Positions 35,260 to 44,837 of a DNA stretch of 58,094 bases are shown in pieces. Position 1 is the stretch's first letter. Each line of letters starts with the position of its first letter. The notes below the pieces were generated by a model, which saw only the letters and a list, made by a program, of their open reading frames with translations, did not search any database and was not told the DNA's origin. The DNA is from a virus (lineage: Duplodnaviria; Caudoviricetes): IMG/VR virus record IMGVR_UViG_3300027842_000016, positions 1 through 58,094 of that record; one strand, given 5' to 3'. Position numbers and translations under genes: made by a program.

Positions 35260-35619
35260 CTACTCTAATCCTAAAGCTTTCTTTTCCTCGTTGATCGCCT
35301 TGAAGTGATCCGCGATTGCCTTCGATGCAACTTGCCCAATCGCGCTCTGGGCATAAATCCAATTACGAAGCTTCGTCATTCCCTGAACCTGGAAGATGAC
35401 CTTCCTATGGTCGCCATCCGGGTCATTGAAAATCTTCGTGTTCTCTTCCTGCATGTAGTTGTTGATGTACTCCTCAACCTTCTTCCATGCCGGATGTCGG
35501 CGCAAGTCCTCGAACAATGCTCCCGCGTGCGCCTGGCGCTCAAGAGCATCAAGCTTCATGAGAGTGTTCTTTTCCTCTTCCGTGTTATACGGGTCCTCCG
35601 CCTCTTTAGCAAAGTCCAT
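35260..35619 (-). CDS. Small head-module protein downstream of the portal
   Basis: LRRHPAWK...QVQG pattern; synteny. Confidence 0.65.
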   Translation of the reverse strand: MDFAKEAEDPYNTEEEKNTLMKLDALERQAHAGALFEDLRRHPAWKKVEEYINNYMQEENTKIFNDPDGDHRKVIFQVQGMTKLRNWIYAQSAIGQVASKAIADHFKAINEEKKALGLE

Positions 35620-35631
35620 TTGATCCTCCGA

Positions 35632-35820
35632 TCAGTATGACAATCCCTTGACTACCGCGCTGTGGTGCTTCGCTGCTTTCTTTTGCTTCTTCACATGGTA
35701 TGGCAAATTCTTTCGGCCCTTGCTGGCCCGGTCAAATTCCTTCACGACCTTGGGAGACATCTCTCCGCGCTCCATCGCTGCGTGGAAGTAACCTTGCTGT
35801 GCCCGGCTCGCGTAAGGCAT
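35632..35820 (-). CDS. Small basic protein
   Basis: MPYASRAQQGYF...RKNLPYHVKK. Confidence 0.65.
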   Translation of the reverse strand: MPYASRAQQGYFHAAMERGEMSPKVVKEFDRASKGRKNLPYHVKKQKKAAKHHSAVVKGLSY

Positions 35821-35821
35821 C

Positions 35822-35935
35822 TCAGTGCACCATCACCCAGAGCCAAACCAGGTTCAGCGCCTGAAAGGCCAGGTTGACAACGACCTGGGCCAGGATGAAT
35901 CCAACACCCAGTTTGAATCCGTCTTTTACGGTCAT
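35822..35935 (-). CDS. Small membrane peptide (37 aa)
   Basis: MTVKDGFKLGVGFILAQ...; fills the gap after the portal. Confidence 0.45.
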   Translation of the reverse strand: MTVKDGFKLGVGFILAQVVVNLAFQALNLVWLWVMVH

Positions 35936-35936
35936 A

Positions 35937-38033
35937 TTATTTTAACCCCACTGGTTGACTCGCCGCACCGGGAAGATTCACAGGTGGTACAGCTGTCGTT
36001 AGCTGTGGAAGTACCGATGCCGCCGTTCTTGTAGCCAGTGGTACGGTCGGTGATCCGCCGTTGCCGCCAGCTTGATGTGCCGCTAAAATTGCTTTGCCCG
36101 CCACAGCCGTGTCACTGGCCGGAGGTGGGACTGGTCCTGGGCCGCCGGGAAGGTTCGTGGGGCCGGGGCCACCTGCGCCCCCTGCACCTGCCGCTGGCTG
36201 AGGATTCAAACCAGCTGCACGAATATTCTTGGAGTCGAAGCCCATCAGCTCCCAGATTTGCTTCAGGATGGTGTCGATGGAGTTCGGGTCCAACTGGTTC
36301 TGCGCCAGCGTGAAGAACGTAGACATCTGGTTGACCTTCTGGTCCTTGTTGACCATTTCGGACAACACCGTCAATTTGAAGTTGACGCCCGCCGCCGTCC
36401 TGATCATGGCCGGGGTCACCACTGCCGGGTCCGCGAAGATGTGGCCGTAGAAAGCGCGGATGACCTGGGAGTTGGTCAGATACTGCAAATCGAGCATGTA
36501 GAAAAGCTGAAGGACCTTCTTGATCCCCTTGATCTCGATGGCCTTGGCCGCCGTGGCAAACTTCTCCATCGCCTGTGAAACGGCCACCTTCGCAACACCG
36601 ACACCAATAGCGCCCTTGTTGCCCTGCATGTCATCAATGTTCCCGGTCAGCGAGGCTGGCACAGTAGCATTGAACATGTCCTGCTGAATCATCTGCGCGT
36701 CCGTGTAGGCGGACTGTGTAACGTCCTTGCGCTCGATGGGCTGTAAGTTCTCCATCGCGTCCACGAGGACGACTCCGCTGGGCGAGGCCGTGAGCTTGTC
36801 AACGTCGATGCTCGTGTCCGTAGACAGCGCCTTGTACATCTGGTTGATGAGGAGGTTCACGTTATCGAGCCGCTGGCGGCGCACGAGGTTGGTTTCGTTC
36901 TGCAAGCTGAGCACTGGCTCAACCAGACCGATACCGTACCATTCCAACGGCACTTTGCAGAAGCAGACTTTCACCAGCGGAACTTCTTGGTGATCAAATG
37001 GGTTCGGAACTGCGCGGACCACTACTTGCCGGTTAGCGATGACGATCTGGCAAGGCTCTTCCTTCCCGTCGCCATCGAGGTCCCAATAGCCCCAGACCTC
37101 AACCAGCTCGATGTCCTTAGACACGACCGTAGAGATTTCACCACGCGCCGTCTTTCTCCACTGCCGGGTTTCCTGGTACTTGTAGGTCGTCCCAGTGGCC
37201 AGCGCCATCTCTTTGTTTCCAAAATAGGGTTGGGGACTGTCGCAGATTCGTGCGAACTCGTCCCGGTTCATAAATTTGCGGATCATCACGGAGGACTGGT
37301 TCTCCACATCGGCGTGGTCCTGTTCCGGGTACACGTCCAAAATGTCGAGCACAGTGAGCTTCGGTCGGCGTCCTACGATCTCGTAGCGCTTCTTCTCTTC
37401 GTAGGTGACCTTCTCCTGGTTGACGCCGTTGTCGTCCACGTAGGTGAATTTCTTCGGCTGGCGATTGACGCGCCATTTCCATTCCACTTCCCAGTCCACC
37501 CAGAAGTAGGACGTTCCGTAGAGTAGGAGCTGCTTCAAAAAGGTTTCGTACTTGTCGTTGAACTCGTTCTTGTCGAGCTGGTCGGCCAGGAGGCGGTTGA
37601 TGTTCTTTGCGATCTCGTCCTCGTTGATGTCGTTCGGCACAACGTCAAAGAGATTCTCGTTGCCGCTCGTGAAGCTGATGAGCTTCGGCGTGGCAATCTC
37701 GATGATCTGGAAAATGAGAGGGACGAAAATCTTGGACCGCGTGGGCGTCCGGCTGGTGACGTTGCCGTTCATGTAGGCAACGTAAATCTGCCACCACAGA
37801 ATCTCGTAGGCCTTGCGCCAGTTCTCGCGGAGCGTCAGCTCGCCCATGAACTGAGACACCATCGTCTTTTGAACGGCCAGGCTGTAGGCGTCCTCAGTCT
37901 CGTTCTTGGCATTGTCGTACCCTTCCGGCATTGCGATCTGAATCGGCCTGTCGCCTTGCAGTTGATCGAGTTCGTCAGACCCTTCCTGGTCCTCCATCTT
38001 CTGCAATTCGTCCGCGTTCTCAGTTAAATCCAT
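35937..38033 (-). CDS. Portal protein
   Basis: 698 aa after TerL; RSKIFVP, LLYGT, NPFDH, WYGIGLVE motifs. Confidence 0.88.
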   Translation of the reverse strand: MDLTENADELQKMEDQEGSDELDQLQGDRPIQIAMPEGYDNAKNETEDAYSLAVQKTMVSQFMGELTLRENWRKAYEILWWQIYVAYMNGNVTSRTPTRSKIFVPLIFQIIEIATPKLISFTSGNENLFDVVPNDINEDEIAKNINRLLADQLDKNEFNDKYETFLKQLLLYGTSYFWVDWEVEWKWRVNRQPKKFTYVDDNGVNQEKVTYEEKKRYEIVGRRPKLTVLDILDVYPEQDHADVENQSSVMIRKFMNRDEFARICDSPQPYFGNKEMALATGTTYKYQETRQWRKTARGEISTVVSKDIELVEVWGYWDLDGDGKEEPCQIVIANRQVVVRAVPNPFDHQEVPLVKVCFCKVPLEWYGIGLVEPVLSLQNETNLVRRQRLDNVNLLINQMYKALSTDTSIDVDKLTASPSGVVLVDAMENLQPIERKDVTQSAYTDAQMIQQDMFNATVPASLTGNIDDMQGNKGAIGVGVAKVAVSQAMEKFATAAKAIEIKGIKKVLQLFYMLDLQYLTNSQVIRAFYGHIFADPAVVTPAMIRTAAGVNFKLTVLSEMVNKDQKVNQMSTFFTLAQNQLDPNSIDTILKQIWELMGFDSKNIRAAGLNPQPAAGAGGAGGPGPTNLPGGPGPVPPPASDTAVAGKAILAAHQAGGNGGSPTVPLATRTAASVLPQLTTAVPPVNLPGAASQPVGLK

Positions 38034-39391
38034 TATTCGTCCTCTGATACGTTAGTGAATGCCGTGTACGGCAAAAGCTCGTTGGTGTCGCGCTCGACCT
38101 TGCGCCTTTCTGGTTTTTTGTTCAAATCAAGTGGGTCAAATGTCTTAGCCGCCTTTTTTCTTGCAAGGCCACCCAGCCTAACCAGGTCGTATACTCCGGC
38201 CAGGTTCTTAGAGAAACCGTACCGTAGAGCGTCAGGGCTGTGAGAACACTCATGAGCAGGTTTAGGAGCCTTTCCACTCGCGGGAGCCTTCTCATAGCAG
38301 TATCCCTCCATCTCCCGGATCAGGTCCTCGCACGTGTCGAAGAACACGAGCCGGTTCTCTTTCAAGAGCTTCGTGATGCGCTGGATGCCAACGTCGATGT
38401 CGTTGTCGGCCTGTTCAAATCGCAATTTGCATACCGTGCGCGTCTCGTTCATGACGGCCACAGCCGCCGGGTCCCAGATGGTGAAGGTGAACTTGTTGAA
38501 GTCGATGAACTTCCCAAGGACCTGCGCCAGGGTGTGATTCTTGTAGAACTGGGTGTAGACGTAGAACTTCTTCGACTCCGAGTCGTAGGTGATGCCCAGG
38601 ATGGACGTTGGGTCCGTCCACCCGTAGTCGAGCCCCGACCACTTCGGCCAATGGCTTGGAATGTCGAACGGCTCGCACACATGGTCGTGCCGGTTGAACT
38701 CCGGGTACACCAGGCCCTCGATCTGGACGAACCGCCCCTCGAAGTCCCGCTGGAAGATGGACACGTTCATCGTGGCCTTCGCCCGGTCGTAGACCGCCCG
38801 GTCGATGTAGGGGTTGTCGGCCATTGAGAAATTGATATAGAAGAGCCACGGCAGGAACTTCCGCTGCTCGATCAGCCTGACGTTCATCCACGAGGACGGG
38901 CTGCCATACGGCGTGGTCGTCATCAGGAGCCGTCCCTTGGGGTCCCCGGCCTTCTGGACCAAGCGCTGACAGAGCTTGTCGTAGGTCGTCTCGACGCAGA
39001 GCGCCGCCTCGTCCATCCACGCCCGGCGGGCCCACAGCCCTTCCACGGCGTCCGGCTTGTCTGCTGACCTGATCCACACGACTCCCCCGTTGGAGAGCTG
39101 GATCAGGGACTCCTGCTTCTTGTACTCACCCAGACCCTTTGGCCAGTAGGTGAACAGGGTGCGAAGCGTGGACTGATTCAAAATTCGGTACGTCGGCCCA
39201 AGGATTAGGTAGTCGGCCTTGATGCCCGCCTTCATGTCCGCCGCGATCTCGCGGATGAGCCAGATGGCCCCCACGGAGGTCTTACCGGAGCGGTGTCCCG
39301 CGACGGCCAGAATCTGCTCTGCCTCCGAGTCCAGGATTCTCTGCTGGGCCTCGTGCGGGGTGAATACCAGTTCCCTGGATTCCCCGGACAT
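38033..39391 (-). CDS. terL: Terminase large subunit
   Basis: PHEAQ, AGHRSGKT, WMDEAA, TTTP, GLDYGWTDP, HSPDALRY. Confidence 0.95.
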   Translation of the reverse strand: MSGESRELVFTPHEAQQRILDSEAEQILAVAGHRSGKTSVGAIWLIREIAADMKAGIKADYLILGPTYRILNQSTLRTLFTYWPKGLGEYKKQESLIQLSNGGVVWIRSADKPDAVEGLWARRAWMDEAALCVETTYDKLCQRLVQKAGDPKGRLLMTTTPYGSPSSWMNVRLIEQRKFLPWLFYINFSMADNPYIDRAVYDRAKATMNVSIFQRDFEGRFVQIEGLVYPEFNRHDHVCEPFDIPSHWPKWSGLDYGWTDPTSILGITYDSESKKFYVYTQFYKNHTLAQVLGKFIDFNKFTFTIWDPAAVAVMNETRTVCKLRFEQADNDIDVGIQRITKLLKENRLVFFDTCEDLIREMEGYCYEKAPASGKAPKPAHECSHSPDALRYGFSKNLAGVYDLVRLGGLARKKAAKTFDPLDLNKKPERRKVERDTNELLPYTAFTNVSEDE

Positions 39392-39392
39392 C

Positions 39393-39686
39393 TCAGTTCT
39401 TGTCCTTGAACTCCCCTTGGACGATGGACGCCCTGGGGCGCATCACATAGGCCACGAGCTGCTGGAACTGGGTCTGGATGGCCAGGAAGTTCTGGTTCTG
39501 ATTGTTGGCCAGCTGCTTGAACGCCTCCGACAGCATGACGACGGCTTGCTCAAGCCCCTGGATTCTCTGCTCCTGGTGGATCAGCCGGGCGATCAAAACC
39601 TCTTCCACGGAGACAGTCCGCTCAAGCGGCTGGTGCATCGGGGCTGGCGTGGGGGTCGGTTCCCCCTTCATGTCAAAGGGCCACAT
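39393..39686 (-). CDS. Hypothetical coiled-coil protein
   Basis: GGAGGAG RBS. Confidence 0.6.
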   Translation of the reverse strand: MWPFDMKGEPTPTPAPMHQPLERTVSVEEVLIARLIHQEQRIQGLEQAVVMLSEAFKQLANNQNQNFLAIQTQFQQLVAYVMRPRASIVQGEFKDKN

Positions 39687-39802
39687 TATTTGGACTCCTC
39701 CAAAAGACCCAGCTTCTTCATGTCCTCGCGGGAGAGGCCGAAGGCCTCCGGGTGTTTAAAATGGGGGTTGACCTGCTCCGGGTCGATCTGGACCTTGTTC
39801 AT
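39686..39802 (-). CDS. Small hypothetical protein (38 aa)
   Basis: AAGGAG RBS; MNKVQIDPEQ...; TAATG coupling. Confidence 0.5.
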   Translation of the reverse strand: MNKVQIDPEQVNPHFKHPEAFGLSREDMKKLGLLEESK

Positions 39803-39831
39803 TCGATTCTCCTTGAGTTCTATGCGCGTTA

Positions 39832-39905
39832 TGGGGTGACGTAAGGGAGTCGAACCCTTCCACAGTGGGTCACAGCCACCGGCCCTACCGATAGGCGAAT
39901 GTCAC
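39832..39905 (-). tRNA. tRNA-His(GTG)
   Basis: 74-nt cloverleaf, loop CT-GTG-AC, C73, encoded CCA. Confidence 0.88.
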
Positions 39906-40217
39906 ATTCGATTATGTTTTGTGCGCGGAAATCGTCCTGGCAGGGCACGAAGTGCACATAAAACATAACTCCAAAACAGGGCGAATTTTAGAGATTTTTA
40001 AAAAAAAAATTGGCTGAGGCTAAAGTGCCACTCTTGAGTGCGCGTTACAAAACGAGTTTATTTCACAGGGTGTTCTGAAGGGGGGTCAATTTGGTGATTT
40101 TTAAATGTCGCAAGCTTCCCGCCTAATACTAACCTGCCTTCCGACCTCCCTCCCCTTACCCGCCTTAACATTCGTTGATAAGGCTTAACATTGTAACATA
40201 TTGTTAAGACGCGCTGT

Positions 40218-40571
40218 TTACTTCTCTTCAGATTGTGAAGGAATGTTAACCGGCTCAATCGTGGTTTCGATTGAAGGAGGGTTACCCTCCGGCTGGTGCG
40301 CTATGCGATTGATGACGAGCTTGTCTATCTGGACTACTGCTTGATCGGCCTTCGGCGCGTTGGCAAGGTATGGGACCATCTTAACGAGCAGGTGCGCCAT
40401 GTCCAGCGCGTGCCGGTCGCCCTTGGCGGCCTTGTCTAAAAACGTGGTGAGCATCTTTTCATAATCGTAACCGTGCTCCGTCAACGATTCGAGTAGCCAA
40501 ATGGTCTTTTTATTGGGCGTGCCTTTGGCACGTCCGCCATAACGGACGCCTTTAGGCTGGTGATTGCCCAT
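40218..40571 (-). CDS. Putative terminase small subunit
   Basis: GGRAKGTPNKKT N-terminal motif; first gene of the packaging arm. Confidence 0.65.
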   Translation of the reverse strand: MGNHQPKGVRYGGRAKGTPNKKTIWLLESLTEHGYDYEKMLTTFLDKAAKGDRHALDMAHLLVKMVPYLANAPKADQAVVQIDKLVINRIAHQPEGNPPSIETTIEPVNIPSQSEEK

Positions 40572-40733
40572 ATAAAACGCTCCTATAAGTAGAGTTGATT
40601 TAACTAAGCAGAATGTTAACGAGAGGCTAATTTGAAGCTTTTGAGGCTGGCCGTAGGCCATAAGCCCATACTGCGGCTATGCGCTATAACCAAGGAAGGG
40701 CAGATACCAACGGTGCATAAAAATGCTTACATC

Positions 40734-40788
40734 CCCTCATATATGTATGGATACGTGACCAAAACATCAAAAACACCTCTATAACTCG
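40734..40788. promoter_or_regulatory. Tripartite repeat, copy 1 (candidate late promoter/operator)
   Basis: CCCTCATATA-N6-GATACGTGACCAA-N14-CTCTATAACTCG. Confidence 0.6.
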
Positions 40789-41062
40789 TGAGTTCACCCT
40801 ACAATCGTAATTATGTAAAGAAATGTTAAGCGCCCTGCACAGACTAAGCGCGGCCACAGGGCGCGAATGTCGAGCACGTCTGTAAAAAGTCCTCTCGCGC
40901 ACAGTGTCATTGATCTGACATCCTCGACGATCAGCGGGCGGCTGTCGGGGGGTTCTATCCCCTCTCCGCCCTTGCCGTCTGTGGCATCCTCGCCGTAACT
41001 CACCTCCGCCGGTTCGTCACGTCTCTGACACTACCAGCCTTTCGGCTGAAAGGTTAGCCCTG

Positions 41063-41117
41063 CCCTCATATAAGCGCTGATACGTGACCAATCCGTTTAA
41101 ATCCCCTCTATAATTCG
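41063..41117. promoter_or_regulatory. Tripartite repeat, copy 2
   Basis: CCCTCATATA-N6-GATACGTGACCAA-N14-CTCTATAATTCG; identical spacing. Confidence 0.6.
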
Positions 41118-41146
41118 GAGGTTATGTCTACATTCAAAAATAGGCC

Positions 41147-41175
41147 TTGACTTTTCGGGGTTCTGGGGCTAGACT
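41147..41175 (+). promoter_or_regulatory. sigma70-type early promoter
   Basis: TTGACT-17 bp-TAGACT, A-tract upstream, RBS and ATG downstream. Confidence 0.8.
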
Positions 41176-41195
41176 AGAGCAGGAGGTTAAACACA

Positions 41196-41486
41196 ATGGA
41201 AATCAAAAGCTTAGGCCTAAAGTGGTTAGCCGTCGAGGAAGAACAAAAAGAGTTACGGGCGGTAGGTGAGCGGGTGATACTGAAGCAGGAGCGGCCACAG
41301 AAAAATTACAAGCTCGTGGATGACATACCAGTGATGACGGGATGGCTCGAAATGTTTACCATTGAAAATGATTTCTTTGACTCTCTCGGACGTAACCGCA
41401 AGGGGTCTACATTCGGTATCGAGGGACTCACAGAGTTAGGCATCAAGCTTGAAGCGTGCACGATCCTAAAACAGGAGGTAAGATAA
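41196..41486 (+). CDS. Early hypothetical protein
   Basis: CAGGAGGT RBS. Confidence 0.7.
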   Translation: MEIKSLGLKWLAVEEEQKELRAVGERVILKQERPQKNYKLVDDIPVMTGWLEMFTIENDFFDSLGRNRKGSTFGIEGLTELGIKLEACTILKQEVR

Positions 41487-41626
41487 AATGATAGGCTTAA
41501 CCTTGCTACTCATCAAGCTTGCTATCTGTGTGCCGTTGGCGATCATGGGGCTATTCGCCGTGCTGTTTGTTGTGGGGGTGGCCGTGAGAGCACCTATCGA
41601 GATCATAAAAGCGGGGGTGAAATGAC

Positions 41627-41836
41627 ATGCGGCCTATCCTTCGCAAGCTCATCACCACTGAAACATGGGGATGTAAAGACGGCATGGCACGGACGTTCGA
41701 GGTCTGGGTTGACCCCGTGAGGCTGATAGCGATCATGGGCGCAAAGGCAACACGCAACAAGGACCACTATAGCAAAATCGGTCATGGGGCCGTCATGGTG
41801 AAGTTGATAGACCAAAAACTACAGGAGGTCAAATAA
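41627..41836 (+). CDS. Early hypothetical protein
   Basis: ORF with RBS. Confidence 0.6.
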   Translation: MRPILRKLITTETWGCKDGMARTFEVWVDPVRLIAIMGAKATRNKDHYSKIGHGAVMVKLIDQKLQEVK

Positions 41837-41837
41837 C

Positions 41838-42779
41838 ATGCGCGAAGCACTCCGAAACAACAATGAAGTGGCGCACGTCTGGGCGAATCAGTCACAGGCT
41901 AGAGGGCATGGCTCGCATTTCTTCTTTGACGGTCCTAGCATCTTTTCCTATGGCCGCCATTTCGAGATAGCCCGCCATGTGTCCGGCGTTGTGCTCTTCA
42001 CCACGGATGACTATAGCGTCACTACGGCGAGACATAAGACTATCGCTATCCGTGCAGTCAACCATAAAAAGGTGTTCTTTGTTCCATCGTTCACAGACCA
42101 TAATCAAAACGCGGACCATTACGTCAAGCTGTGCGCCTCACAGACAGAGAAAGGGAAGCGAGCGAGAGAGAATAAGAAATACTATTTTCAAGACGTTGTT
42201 AGATGGAGCAATGAAGCAAGGGAATACGTCGAGCACTTCAAGAGCGAGATAACCAAAGAGCGGCGCAAGGCCATACGGTCTTTGCCAGATGACGTATTCG
42301 ACATTCTGAACGCTAAGGAATGGGCGCATGAAGCGGACTTAGCGCAGGGGCGGGCACTGCGCGAAGAGGCTAACCGGCTGAAGTGCGCGGCGCGTTACGC
42401 GATCATTGAGCAAAGGCGCAAAGAGGAAACACAAGCCTTGAACGTATGGGGCGAAGAGATACAGGACCTGACGGCGAAGGCATGGAAGGCGGGGCTAGAC
42501 CTACCGCGAGACTTCTACTATAACGACAGTCTGCCTACGCTCTTACGTGTCAAAGGAAATGACATCGAGACAACGCGGGGCGCGTATGTATCTATAGAAG
42601 AGGCTCGCACACTGTGGGGCATGATGAAGCGCGGAGAGTCTATCCAAGGATTCAAAATCAGCGGCTATGAGGTGTCCGGCGTTCATGACGGGAAGTTAAT
42701 CATAGGCTGTCACCGTATCCCCATGCGCGAAGTGGCACGCATGGCGGTTACTCTCGGCCTAGAAAGTGAGGCGGCCTAA
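41838..42779 (+). CDS. Early hypothetical protein
   Basis: 313 aa; EVAHVWANQ, FSYGRHFEIAR, IIGCHRIP. Confidence 0.75.
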   Translation: MREALRNNNEVAHVWANQSQARGHGSHFFFDGPSIFSYGRHFEIARHVSGVVLFTTDDYSVTTARHKTIAIRAVNHKKVFFVPSFTDHNQNADHYVKLCASQTEKGKRARENKKYYFQDVVRWSNEAREYVEHFKSEITKERRKAIRSLPDDVFDILNAKEWAHEADLAQGRALREEANRLKCAARYAIIEQRRKEETQALNVWGEEIQDLTAKAWKAGLDLPRDFYYNDSLPTLLRVKGNDIETTRGAYVSIEEARTLWGMMKRGESIQGFKISGYEVSGVHDGKLIIGCHRIPMREVARMAVTLGLESEAA

Positions 42780-42780
42780 C

Positions 42781-42975
42781 ATGCTAGGATTGATCATATC
42801 AGCGTTGACGACGGCAAAGATAAACTATGAGGATCGGTTAGCGGCCTTGGAGGAAGAGCGCGAAGAGCAAAAGTCCTACGGGTTCGCGGATAGTGTCGCG
42901 GACATCGACGAGCAGATAAAGCATTATACGCTGTGCCATGACGAGGTAGTGAAAGCACTACAGGAGGTTAAATAG
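42781..42975 (+). CDS. Early hypothetical protein
   Basis: ORF with RBS. Confidence 0.6.
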   Translation: MLGLIISALTTAKINYEDRLAALEEEREEQKSYGFADSVADIDEQIKHYTLCHDEVVKALQEVK

Positions 42976-42977
42976 CC

Positions 42978-43445
42978 ATGCGTGAAATTACTGTGAAGCT
43001 TTACCAGTTCGACGAGCTAAGCGAATCAGCGAAGGAAAAGGCCCGCGAATGGTTCAGGGATGACGGCGGCCTTATGGCTCAATGGGCCTTTGATAACGTC
43101 ATTGAAGATGCAAAGAACATAGGTCTAGACATTCACACGCTGGATGACCGGCGAGCGAATGAGGGGGAATTCACCGGCGGCGCGTTGGACTGTGCAAAGG
43201 CCATTCGAGAGAACCACGGCAAGACGTGCGAGACGTTCAAGACGGTTAGCCGGTATTGGAAGGAGTTAAACTCCAACGATGAGACGGAGCGCGAAAATTC
43301 GGAGCATGAATTCTTGCATGACCTGTTAGAGGACTACCGCGTCATGCTCAATGAGCAGATAGAGTATGACTACTCGACGGAGCAGGTAGACGAGAGCATA
43401 AGGGCGAATGAATACGAATTCACAGAGGAGGGAAAGCGAGCATGA
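42978..43445 (+). CDS. Early acidic hypothetical protein
   Basis: LYQFDELSESAKEKAREWF...IRANEYEFTEEG. Confidence 0.75.
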   Translation: MREITVKLYQFDELSESAKEKAREWFRDDGGLMAQWAFDNVIEDAKNIGLDIHTLDDRRANEGEFTGGALDCAKAIRENHGKTCETFKTVSRYWKELNSNDETERENSEHEFLHDLLEDYRVMLNEQIEYDYSTEQVDESIRANEYEFTEEGKRA

Positions 43446-43759
43446 GGGACGCGGAGTACGACATAACCTATGGGTTACACTCGAACATACCGGCGTGTTG
43501 TATCGTGTTCTTTATGACGGAGTGGACGCGAGAGAATGAGCGCGATAGCCCGTATGCGCGGGCGGTGCATGGTGACCTAGTGCAATATGTGCCATGCCCT
43601 GAATGTTTCGCGTTACGCCGGTTCAATGGGCTAAGAGTCTGTGAGCGAGACTGCGGGCGGCGGTGCTATCAAGAGTACGGCACTCGTGAGCCTACGCCAT
43701 TAGAGCGGATGCAGATAGAAAGTGTGAGGGCTATGTGCGATGACCGACAGAGACTATAG
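43442..43759 (+). CDS. Early hypothetical Cys-rich protein
   Basis: ATGA coupling. Confidence 0.6.
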   Translation: MRDAEYDITYGLHSNIPACCIVFFMTEWTRENERDSPYARAVHGDLVQYVPCPECFALRRFNGLRVCERDCGRRCYQEYGTREPTPLERMQIESVRAMCDDRQRL

Positions 43760-43906
43760 GCACTTCATGGCGTGCATGGAAGCGAACGCATTCTATAACG
43801 CCCAGTCAGTAGCACCGGCGGGCCTGGTATTCATGGACTCACGGCGCGGGGCGTTGTTTAGCTTGTTGGCTGAAGTCTACCTATCAAGAGCGGAGGTAAT
43901 ACAAAA

Positions 43907-44344
43907 ATGAAATACCGCTGGTATTGTGAGACGTGCCAAAGACCATTACAGCATGACAAGGGCCCAGACAGTAAGCTACAACACGAGATGAACCGGCACA
44001 CGGTCACGGCCTTTATCTGGCCGCCAATCGAAGCAAACGAAACGGAGGTTACAGAGGCATGACTAAGCGAGCGGAGCTGATACAGAATGTGCAAGTGACA
44101 CTATGGGAGTACAACAGGCTAGGCGGATACCGGCGGGCCTTGCGGTTTTGGTTCGCGGCCATTGCCTTAGTTCAATTCGCTAACAAAGGGGTGACACATG
44201 TTTAACGGGATATGCACAAAGGCAACGTTACCGAATGGCGAGCACCGGCTAGACCCTGTGCGATTTGATCCATACGAAACAGAGTACAGGTGCTTAGACT
44301 GTGGCGAGACAATCATACAGTATCAGGATAGTCAAGGCTGTTAG
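43907..44344 (+). CDS. Three small coupled ORFs (43907-44062, 44059-44205, 44198-44344)
   Basis: Read by hand; GGAGGT/GGGGTG RBS and overlapping start-stops. Confidence 0.45.
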
Positions 44345-44704
44345 ATGAGTAATGCTGTTAGGGATCGTGACCGGCACATGAAGGCTGTACAGCGGGCCTT
44401 AGAGTACACCGCGATAAAACCTATGCTGTGGGCCTTGGAAAAGGCCCGCAAGCCTCAAAGGCTCACAGCATGGGAGGTACAGCGTTACCGGCGTTGGCTC
44501 TTCTGGAAGTATGGCGGGGCGGAGTGCGCCTATTGTGGGCGCGTTAACCCCTTGGACTGTCTCACGATAGACCATATACAGCCTATCAGCAAGGGCGGAC
44601 CTGTGAGAGACATTTCAAACATGGTGCTTTCCTGCATCGCTTGTAACAGAGCCAAGGGCAACAAGTGGTTTACACTACAGGAGGGCGAATTATGGGCGTT
44701 GTAG
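44345..44704 (+). CDS. HNH endonuclease
   Basis: CAYCG...TIDHIQPISKGG...NMVLSCIACNRAKG. Confidence 0.92.
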   Translation: MSNAVRDRDRHMKAVQRALEYTAIKPMLWALEKARKPQRLTAWEVQRYRRWLFWKYGGAECAYCGRVNPLDCLTIDHIQPISKGGPVRDISNMVLSCIACNRAKGNKWFTLQEGELWAL

Positions 44705-44790
44705 TGCAAGGGGGTTTTGAAGCCAGGATCAAAAGTTTAAGTCGAATCTTTTCTCACCGACGGAAAATCTTATGGATGTCAAAAAAGGGC

Positions 44791-44819
44791 TTGCAATTTT
44801 GGCCGACATCTGCTAGACT
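44791..44819 (+). promoter_or_regulatory. sigma70-type promoter
   Basis: TTGCAA-17 bp-TAGACT, A-tract upstream. Confidence 0.75.
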
Positions 44820-44837
44820 TGGAACGGAGGTAACACA

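Noticed and set aside
44345-44704. Intron- or intein-associated homing element
   Set aside because: Free-standing HNH gene; terL, polA, helicase and rtcB show no insertions
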